Virus record (IMG/VR): IMGVR_UViG_3300047272_000070
Coordinates: 1-28,411 of that record
Source: a virus
Taxonomy: Duplodnaviria > Caudoviricetes
DNA length: 28,411 bases
Direction: 5' to 3' (one strand)
In this document: positions 10,192-20,900 of the stretch, one piece after another
How positions within the stretch are numbered: the first letter of the stretch is position 1
Layout of the letters: each line of letters begins with the position of its first letter
The notes under the pieces: model-generated
Told to the model about the DNA's origin: nothing
What the model saw: only the letters and a program-made list of their open reading frames with translations
Database searches by the model: none
Translations under genes and position numbers: made by a program

Positions 10192-11919
10192 ATGGCAACA
10201 TATTATAAATACGCTGAGAGGCAGGCTGATAGTTTCGTAAACTGGGCAGAGATTGGTAAGGATATTACCGACATGCTCAAGACCGAAACAAATCTTCGAG
10301 AACAAAAGAAGGCGGCCATTGATAAGGCCTCAAGAGATTTCGGAGAACAGCTAGCAAATGCCCCTACTGGAGAGCATACTGGTATAAATGCGTGGACACT
10401 AAACTATGCAAGTGATGCACAGCAGGCTAGACTACTTCAGGACAGACTATTAAAGTCTGGTGGCCTTAGCGTGAAGGATTACACCATCATGCGTCAAAAC
10501 ATAAATGATGGTACCGCTCAGTTGTTTGCCCTTTCTAAGGAATACCAAGAGGAGTTCAAGGTAAAGATGGAGCGTATGAAAAGTGCTGACCCAGCAACTA
10601 GATCTCAGGAGATGGAAACATTTCTTATGGAGACAGTTGAAGGTTTTGCTAACTTCTCGAAGTCTAAGCCTTTGATTAATCCTACTGACTTTACTGTTAG
10701 TGTTGGTATCATGGAGTCAGACCCTAACAACCAAGGGGTATTAAGACTTACTGATCAGGTAGAGACTGTTAACTATTTACGAAACAGAATCAAGGGTAAG
10801 TATGATTACTTTGATTCAAATGCAGCGACAGATACCATAGCTAAAAGTCTTGGTCAATATATTAAAGCAGAAAAGGATGCTGATGCTTTGAATGGTATTA
10901 TTACCACCACTGCTGATGCTACAGCTAGACCGGGATTTAGTAAGTACTTAGAGGACAAAGTGAAATCATATTTAGAGAATCCATACAACGTGAGTTCTGT
11001 ACTTACCGATGACATTGGTGGATTTACTTTTTCTTTTACTGATAAGTCTGGAGGAAATGTTATATTTTTAGAGCGAGATCCACAGTCTGGAATGGTCAAG
11101 CCTGTATTTACTGATGATCAGAAAAAAGCGGCATCTGACTTCCTGATTGGAGAATCAAAACAGAAGATTGATTACGAACAGAAATTGAATCCATACACTC
11201 TTCAGCAACGTCAAGTAGTAGCAAGCAGTGGAGGCGGAGGAGGAAGAACTCAGGCCAATGCTGTTTCATTGTGGATGGATGTTTATTCTGCTGCTAACTT
11301 AACTGACAAGACCACAGCAAAAAGTGCATTGCTTTCTACCGAGGCAGCAAAAGATAATGGTGTGATTGATATTAAGTTTGCTAAAGATGAAGCAGGTAAT
11401 CAAACAATTCAATTTGTAAATTCAGATCCAGCATTTACAACAAACCCAGTTATATTTAGATATGCTAATGGTACAGCAATATCTCCAGATGCATGGGCAG
11501 CTATTGGGGCTGAGGTTACAGGAGAGACTGATAAGAGAAAATTACAGCAAGCCGCTTCTAATAAAACATTCTTTGACATAGGTGACTGGTCTACACAAAT
11601 TGGCACTACATATCAAGGAGAGGAAGACTTCATACCAAAAGCTACTGAGGCATTGAATGCAGGCATAACTTCTGGATTATTTGCTCAAAGCTCAGCGAAG
11701 ACTGCTTCTTCCCTTCAGGCTATATTGGGTAAGGCTGGGTTTACTGTAACAGATACTGGGGGTTCTACTGGTAACTCAATGGAAGTATTAGCTCCTGGAG
11801 AAACAGTTCCTTTATTAATCAATAGTAGAGAACCAGCAGATAGACAAAAACTTATTGATTGGGTAACTGCAAAGTTAACTCAGTCTAGAGCACAGAAATT
11901 AGCAGCACCAGTTAGTTAA
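10192..11919 (+). CDS. Probable internal virion/ejection protein
   Basis: 575 aa; helical N-terminal half and a GGGGG linker. Lies between the small ejection-like protein and the giant protein. Confidence 0.55.
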   Translation: MATYYKYAERQADSFVNWAEIGKDITDMLKTETNLREQKKAAIDKASRDFGEQLANAPTGEHTGINAWTLNYASDAQQARLLQDRLLKSGGLSVKDYTIMRQNINDGTAQLFALSKEYQEEFKVKMERMKSADPATRSQEMETFLMETVEGFANFSKSKPLINPTDFTVSVGIMESDPNNQGVLRLTDQVETVNYLRNRIKGKYDYFDSNAATDTIAKSLGQYIKAEKDADALNGIITTTADATARPGFSKYLEDKVKSYLENPYNVSSVLTDDIGGFTFSFTDKSGGNVIFLERDPQSGMVKPVFTDDQKKAASDFLIGESKQKIDYEQKLNPYTLQQRQVVASSGGGGGRTQANAVSLWMDVYSAANLTDKTTAKSALLSTEAAKDNGVIDIKFAKDEAGNQTIQFVNSDPAFTTNPVIFRYANGTAISPDAWAAIGAEVTGETDKRKLQQAASNKTFFDIGDWSTQIGTTYQGEEDFIPKATEALNAGITSGLFAQSSAKTASSLQAILGKAGFTVTDTGGSTGNSMEVLAPGETVPLLINSREPADRQKLIDWVTAKLTQSRAQKLAAPVS

Positions 11920-11929
11920 ATAATAGAAA

Positions 11930-14900
11930 ATGGACGAGAAATATTTACAAGACCTGTACGGAGTAGTATTAAAAAATGATCCTTCTTACCGGCAGAAAGT
12001 TTCTTTTGATTTATTCAGAAGCAAGATGCAGGATCAGGACTATGCAGGTAGATTAACTGATTGGGTTTCTAGTGTAGACAGTACATTTAAGTCTAAGTCT
12101 TCACAGCCTGTAGTCCCTTTTAAAAAAAAAGAAGATACGGTATCGTCTTCGGTACTTGGTTCTTCGGCATCTGGGAGATTTGACCCCAGAACTGGTAAGT
12201 TAAATCAAGAGCAGCCACAGTTTCAAAGACCTCAGGACAGAGACTTCAGTGGCCTTGCTGTTGATGTAGATCCACAACTAATAACTAAGAAGCCTAGGGA
12301 AGATAGACCTGTGGTTTCTCAGGATGTTACTGCTGTAGCTAGGCTACCTAAGACTCAAACTCTTGAGGTAGAAGAGAATAAGAAGTACATAAAAGAGACT
12401 GAGAGACTAAAGAATGAGGCTCAGAATCTAGAGAAACTTAAGGAAGCTGAACAGCAAGATCTATTAAAACAGCAAAATGTTCTTGCGATTCAGGACCCAG
12501 AGTTTGGATCTCTTATTACACAGATTAATAAAGACCTCATAAACAATGAGGAGAAAGATGTAACTGACTTTTTAAATAAGCAGTTCTCAAAGTATGGTTT
12601 CCACTTTGAGTCTACTGGTGTTGGCGATGCTGTAATAGCACGAACAATTGATGGTAAAGAATTTATTGAGATTGACCTAGACCCATTCCTTGAGTCAACA
12701 GAGATTGAGGAATCAGAGAAGCTTAGAAAGTTTATCTCTAAAAATGCTCAGCCTGTATACAACTACAAAGACGAGGACTACATTACCAAGGCAGTAAGGG
12801 CTCAAAGCCTACGTGACATTGGTATGAAGAACGAAGATGGTACTGAGTCTACTGTGAAATTCACTTCATTTGAACAGGATGGTAAGCACTTTGTAATACC
12901 AACTTTGTTCCCTAAGAATACACTTAACTATACCTCAGATAAAAAAGACTGGCTTGAGTTCCCATTTGAGCAAGCCCTAAAGGAGGCAAGGTCTCGTGGT
13001 GAAGTGTTTGAGTTTGACAACGAGGCAGATGCTAAGAGATTCGCTGAAGGAGACTGGAAGAATGTAAATGCATTTGACTTAGAAGGACAAAAGCTATACA
13101 AGGAGAAAGGTCTTGACTACTATACAGAGAAGAAGAAGTTTGAGAACTACACTGCATTGCAGGATGAGGTTGAGTTGCTAGATAGGATTCTTGATAGAGA
13201 CTATATTGCTCCAGAAGAAAAGTTAAAGTACCCTCAATATTTCGCTAATGATGGTAGACCACTTTACAGCGAGAAGGAGATTGAGTCAAGGCTAGACAAA
13301 ACTGTAAAGCAGAAGGACCAATTATTGGAGCAGGTATTCGATGTTGAATTCCTAGGGATAAACGATGGGCCAGTACAGAAGACACGTGAAGAGTTTGACA
13401 TAGTACTTAGCAAGAAGCAGAAAGAGATTGAGGGTCAGGCTATCAAGCAGAACAATCAGGTGAATACTGAGCTTCAGCAGGTTAACCTTATGTCCATGAA
13501 CTTGTATGGTGTACCTATTGAGAAACTTTACACGGTAGTACCAAAGACCACTGAGGATGAGAAGACAATAAACGATCTAGTCCTTAAGACCAAGGAGTTA
13601 ATTGCTCTGAGTAAGGATGCTGCTAACAAGTTTCAGTTAGCCAATACCTACTACGATGCAAAGTGGAACAAGGCTGCCACTGAGGAGTACGAGGAGAACC
13701 TATCAGGATTCAACACAGCATTAGCGGATGCATGGCAAAATGGAAAGGCTGCTGAGCAAATATTGTTAGCTACTCTTGGCATTAAAGATGTAGATTCTAC
13801 TGCCGACAGAAAAGATATTGCAATGAAAATTGCAGAGGCATCTAGTAATCTTAGTGGTAAGCAGTCACGTGTACTTACAAGGCTAAACCTATCTAGAGAT
13901 GGTGAGTTCTTTAAGACATTCATGTCTGATCCATTGGAGGCAATGTCCACATTTGCTGCTTCTTCATTTACTCAGATACTTCCATACGGCAGTTATCTTA
14001 TCCCATCAATTGTAGGGTCAAGTGTTGCGGCAGGGGCTGCCATAGGCGGATCAGCAGCAGGTGCACCGGGTGCACTAGCAGGTGCTACCACTGGTTTAGG
14101 CTATGGTGTTAGGTCAGGTATGGCCGCATCATTCTTTGCTCTTGAATATACTAATGCCATACTTGATGTAATGAAGGAGAAGGGATATAATATCACCGAC
14201 CCACTTCAGGTTGAGAAAGGATTGATGGACGAATCAGTATGGTCTGAGGGTAGTGAGCGTGGTGTTAAGAGAGGTATACCTATTGCCCTTGTAGATTACT
14301 TGGGGGCTGGCCTAACAGGTAAAGTATTTAAGGTAAGTAAGATTGCTCCAATAGCAACAAGAGTTGGTGCACTTACTGCTGAACGTCTTGTAGTCGATCC
14401 AGCATTTGAGATGGGAGGAGAACTTGCTGCTCAGGTGTCAGCAGGTCAAGAGATTAACATGAAGGAGATTGCATACGAAGGTATGGGTGGTGTTGGTACC
14501 AATACATCTATGATGGGTATGAACATGTACATAGAATCTCGTAACCAGACTAGTGCACAGTTGGCTCTGGAGCTTACAGATATCAACGCTATGGCATCTC
14601 AAAGAGTTAGCGATGAGAGGATATCTAACTGGGCTAACAACATGCAGAAGCTTGGTAAGATTGATGCTGATGTTAACCAGAGAATCCAGCAGAATGTTGG
14701 TCTAAGAAGAGAGGCCAGAGATCTATTGTCAGTTGGTGCGGTAAGCAGACTTACTGGTAATACATCAAAGTCTGAGGCCAGAGTGATGGAGCTTCTTGCT
14801 GCTAGACAGGAGTTGACTTCTACTCAAAACAGAAGAGAGGTTAACTCAGATAAGATTAAGGCTATCAATCAGGAGCTAGCTGAATTGTCCGAGACCAAGA

Positions 14901-17900
14901 AGGTAAAGCCTAAAGAGGAGCAAGTAAACCTTGACTTAATCTTGGGTACAAAAAGAGAGGGTGTGTCTGTGTACCGCATTGGTGGTAAGACCATGACAAA
15001 GGAGCAGTTCCTGAAGGAGATTGAGAAGATGAGTACTCGTAGTTTGCTTAGGTCTAAGATCGTAGTAGACAACGATGATGAAACACAAATAGAAATACTA
15101 AACAAACAACTAGATGCCATTCAAAAGCAAACAGCAGGTCAAGTACCTGTACAGCCAGGAACCAGAGATCGCCAAGAGATGGCGCAAGGAGAACCCCAAG
15201 CAGAACCTCAAGGCATTGCCCAAGAAGGTCAAGTCCAAGAAGTAACTCAGCCTATTTTAAATAAGGACATAGAGGTAAAAGATAGTGAAGGGCAGAAAGG
15301 ATTAGTTCCTATTACTGAATTAGAAGAATTTATAGGTGAAGATAGATTAGGTGAAGCACAGATGCCTACATCTAGAGCTACTATAGATAGGTTAAAAGAA
15401 GATATCTCTAAGAATGGTTTTAAGGAACCTATTGTGCTTGTTTATGACAGGTCTAGTGGAGAAGGTGAGGCCACAATTATAGAAGGCAATCATAGAATTA
15501 TAGCTGCCAAAGAATTAGGACTTAAAGAGATACCTGTAATATTCGAGAAGGGAACAATTAGAAGCGATGAAAGCAGAGCTAAGGATAATATGTTTCCAAT
15601 TAAAAGAAAAACTGTTGGTAGTATAGATGATAGATTTGGTGTTAGAGGTTCTGATTTAGGATTAACAGTTAGACAACCTGTAGATTCAGACTTTGTAAAA
15701 GAAGGTCAAGTAGAAGTATCAACTGTATCTCCTGCTGTATCTCCAGCTGTATCTCCTACTCAGCAGTTAGACTTAGAAGGAGAGGTATCCTTACTTGAGC
15801 AGTTACTTACAGGTAATCAGCAACCAGAGCCAAGAGCAAGACTTTCAGCTGGAGTAGAAGCTCAAGATACAAGAACCAATGAAGCTGATGTTGTGTCAGA
15901 GATAAATCAAATGGCTGTTCAATCTCCAGAAGAAGCTGCTTTTGAAGGGGCTAAACCAACTGGTCAGGTTGAGGCTGGCCAAGTGGTTTCTGATAATCCA
16001 ACACCAGATAATATTAAAAAGCCATTCTTAAAAAGAATACTTAATAAGTTAGGATTTACAAAAGAAAGTCAGCTATACAGAAGGATAGAAGAATTTTCTA
16101 ACATTCCAATGATGATAGGAATATCTGATTCACTTGGAAGTGGAACTTATAAGGATGCTGCTGGTAATGATATGGAAATTGATGGAGGTTTGATGTTCAA
16201 CTTCTTTAGAAATCCTGGACTTGCATGGGCTAATGTTGATAAGAAGTTAGCTCAAAATATTGTTAACCAAGCAAAGCAAGTATACACTGCAAACAAAGAA
16301 CTGTTTGATAGATTATGGAAGGAAGGTGCACTACCTGATGGTCATATCCCATATTCAATTGTAAGGATGGGTGATGATGCCTTGTATTCAAATGAAGCAA
16401 TATTCAGATACCTATCTCCTTGGATTAAAACACTTCCTTTAGAAAATAGAAAGGCTGCTCTTGAAGTTTATAAGCAAGATTTAATGAAAGCCGCAAAGGG
16501 GCAATCTTCTAGTTCTTGGATATTTGATCTTCAGGATAATATTGACAATGGAAATATAACTGACTTCAAAGGAATTATAGATTATCTTGAGAGCCTTAAG
16601 AATTCAGATGTACCTGTAGCAACAAAAGATGCTATACAGTCATTAGAGAATAAGCTAAACAAAATAAAAGGAGAGGAAAAGTTCTCTGACTCTATTGAAG
16701 CTATTGATGAGATACTTTCAAAAAAGGCCCCTATAAGAATACTTAACTTTATAGAGGAGAAAAATATCACGACAGTAGATGGTCTTTTTGATGCAATTGT
16801 AGATGATGCTATAAGCCGAGCTAAGGGTGAACCTAGTATGCTTAGCTTACCAGTTAGAGCCATAATATCCACTAAGCTATTATCTTTAACTCCTCTTAAA
16901 AAAGATGCTCCAACAACTGAGTTTAATAAAGCTCTGCTTGGAAGAGAAAAGAATCCTCTATGGAACGATGCTAAAAAGCTAACTCTTCCATTCATTAAGG
17001 ATCAAATAAGTGAACCTGCTATGCTAAAGGCTAGGCAGGGAGACATCGTTGCTGTGATGGGTATAGATGTACGTGAAGGTTCATCAGGTGTAGAGAAGGC
17101 TCAGCATAATAATTATGGGTATGGACCTAAAGGTATGCTTATATCTTACATCAGTAATCCAACAAGAGCATTTGATGTATTTGCAGAGCTACAAGCAAAA
17201 GCACCTCGCCTACTTAAGAAAAACAAAAGTGGTATCTATCCTACAGCTGACTCTATTGTTAGACAAGCTGGTGGTACAGCATTTATAGATGTTGCTTTTA
17301 GAGGTGCTAAGATTAAACCACAAGGGCTGACTGACATTGATATTATTGTTGGAAAACTTAGAACTGCATTCCCCGATGTATCTGTATTTGATACTAAGGA
17401 AGAGTTTGATAATTTCTTACAACAAGAAGGAATAAGATCAAGAGCAGATGCCAATGGAAATGTAATCTATGGTATCACAAAAGATGGAAAGATATTTATA
17501 AACCCTGATAACTTATCATTAAGAACTCCTATACACGAGTTCGGACATATATGGGTTGATTACTTAAAATCAAAAGCATCTGGTAATAAAGGGACTGCAT
17601 TACTAAATCGTGGTCTTCAGCTTGTTGATGGTACACCAGAATACAAAGAGGCTTTAGCTAAGTATGGTCAGAGAGACATTGCCCTAGAAGAAGCATTGGT
17701 TGAGTTGATTGCAACTAAAGGGGAGACCATAGTTAATGCATCAAAGAAGAGTGAGTTTAAAAACTGGCTTAATGCATTCTTTAAGTACATCAAGGAAAAG
17801 TTTGTTACAACAAAAGAGCTATTCAAAGATAAAGACTTTGTATCTAGAATAGAGAAAATGACCTTAGATGAATTTATTAATTCATCCCTTGCTGATTTAT

Positions 17901-20900
17901 TTGGAATGGCTCAGGTCAATAGAAAGTTCAAGGCATCTGAAGCAATGGCAGCATCTAGAGCTAGGCTTGGAGAAAGTGATATTAATAACATTGTCCAGGT
18001 TGGACTTGCTAATGGAATTTCTGAGACAGCTATTCGTGAACTACTTAATAAAATAGGCTTTACTCAAGAAGCCATTGATGCTGCATTAGGTAAGGAACCA
18101 AAGGCTCCAGAGATTGAGGTACGTGAAGAAAGAGCACAGCCAGCCAGAGGTAAGTCTGAGATAGACAAGATTATATCTAAGGCAATCAAGGATGCAGGTG
18201 CTGATTTGAATGCTAAGCGAAAGGCTATTGCTGATGCAGTAAAAGGTATGTCGAAGAATGGTGGTAAGATTAATGCCAAGACTGTTGAAGCAATCATCAA
18301 GAGGGCGGAGATGGTAAACCTAAACAATCAGACTGCTGTAGATAAATTCATCTCCTATGCTGGTAAGATATTTAAAGATGCTGAGTACGGTAAGAAACTT
18401 AACGATGCAAAGGCTAAGAGAAAAACGATAAGAAGAGGAGCCAAGAGTAAAGAGGTTGCTTCAAACCTTCGTGACCTTGCCAAGCTGTTCTCAGTTATTG
18501 ATCCATCGATGGTGGAGGATATCGATAAGTACAATCAGATTGCTGATAAAATATCTGAAGCAGTAGTGGGTTCAAGTTTAAGAGGCAAGGATGGCACATT
18601 CGCTAAGATAATAAAAACAGAAGGTCTTACTGATTACATTAACGAGAATATAGAGAAGCAGCAAAAGCAAATTCTAAAAGACAAGATTGCCAGAATGAGT
18701 GAGGTTGTTGGCAAGAACTTGACTGAGGAAGAATACTTTGAAGTACTGGAATCCAGAAACAAGGATGCTAAAGTTAGCAAGGAACTGAAGTCTGCTAAGG
18801 TAAAAGAGAATGCAATAAAAGAAGTTAACATGTACAAGAGTATCGTAAGAGAGATTCTTGACAAAGATGTTAACCCTATTTCTGGAGAAGATGTAACTGT
18901 GAGTAATGCCAAGAAAAAGGTAGTTGAGAAATTCATGAGCATGGACTTGAACTTGCTTGATGTCAATGAGCTTCTTGATATGTTTGACTCACTACAAAAC
19001 TTTATTGAGAATGGGTCCACTGCAAAGATGGAATCTATTTACAGTTCTTATGTAGGCAAAGTCAATGCTACCAAAGCAAAGGGAATTGTTTCTCAAAAGA
19101 TTAAGAAGTACTTCAATGAAACTGTAGGCGAGTTCTTACTTGAGCAGTTCACATCTTTGGACCTTCTATTCGAAAGAATGTTCAAGGGATTTGAGAGAGG
19201 TGGAAAAATGATGTCTCTTGCTGGTGTGTCTGCCATAAAGAAAGGGAAGTCAACAGCTAAGGCGTTGAGTGATGCCATCGTTGATCAATACTTCAATAAG
19301 TTCTACAAGCTAACTCCAAACGGTCAGGCATTCAATACCATGTACAATACAGTTGAGCGTGGTATGCTTGCGTACATGATGCGAAATGTTATTGGTACTG
19401 AAGAGCAGGTGCAGGCTGAGTTTGATAGAAGGAAGCAACTAATTGTTGATTCAATTAAAGTCCTTGAGAAGGGTGACAAGAACCATAGACAGTTGTCTGT
19501 TGAGTATGCTAAGGCTTTCAACAAGATACTTCAAGACTCTAACACCTCAGAAGAAGTTGTTAATAAGGCTGCCCAAATCAACGTAGATGCTGTTAAGTTC
19601 TGGCAAACACAATGGGGTGATAAGTATGATCAACTCGCTGACTTGTCTGAAAACATATACAACCAGACTCTAGGTAAGGATGTGAACTATACTCCAGACC
19701 GTGTGTCTAGTATAGAAAAAGAGTCTGTATCATCTGAGACAGGTGATGAGATGGACTCACACTTGATGACGTTCCATGCCAACAACAAGACTCCTTACCA
19801 GAGAAAGACAGGTGTATTGATGACTCCTGTTATGGATGATACTCTTCCTAAGAAGTCTTACATAAACTTGTCTTTTGATTCTAACAATGCCAACTCAATG
19901 TATGATGCATTGGTCGACTTGAATACTGCTGGCCCTATACGACAGGTGTCTGCGTTCTTTAACTCTCCTGAGTTTGATCAGATTGTTCCTGACCTTACTG
20001 ACAGAAAGATTCTAAGATCAAGAGTAAACTTGTTTATTCGAAATATTCGAAACAAGAATCCTTATGAGAACGATAGTTTTGCTAAGGCGATTAGAGCACT
20101 CCAGAATGTTGCGGCATTGGGTACCGGTCAAATACTTGCAGGCCCTACTCAGATACCAAAGCAAACTATCCCAGTTATTATAAATACCATCATCAATGCT
20201 GGTGGCATAGACTTGGCTGCTCCTTTCAATGAGGATAAGAACAACTTCATGAACAGGTCTGGTTACTCAATAGCCTACCGTAGTGCGGCAAGCCAGAACC
20301 AAATCGCTACGCTTAATAAGATTTCTACTAGAGCGGAGACTGGTCCTGTAGGTAAAGTTGGTGATGCAATCTTTGCATTGAACGACCTTCAGTTGAAGTA
20401 CTTCTTACAGAAGCCAGATGCCTACGTTGCACGTGCATCTTGGATGTCATACTATGAGAAGTCTTTAAAGAAGCAAGGTATTGACCCTAAGACTATAGAC
20501 TACGCTACTCATGAAGTGAATGATACGGCTGCTGATTACGCTCAAAGAATGGTGGACAGACAGCAGAACATATCTGACATGGACTTGGCTGGTAAGTTTA
20601 TATCATCTAAGAACCCTGCTAACCAACTTGTAAACAAGTTGTTGTTGCCGTTCGCAAGCTTTAGAATCAACCAGTCTGCAAGACTTGGATCCGACTGGGC
20701 TACGCTAACTTCTAAGGTATCAACCAAGGAAGACAAGGCGATTGCTGCGAGATCTTTGGGTGGATTCTTTAGTGAACTAGTAACATTCAGAGCAGTATCT
20801 ATTGGTGTTACCACATTGCTTAGCTCGATGGCCTTGTCTATTGCAGGTAAGAGAGATGACGAAGAGGACCGTGAAAGAAAGAGGTCTACAGTTATGAAAG

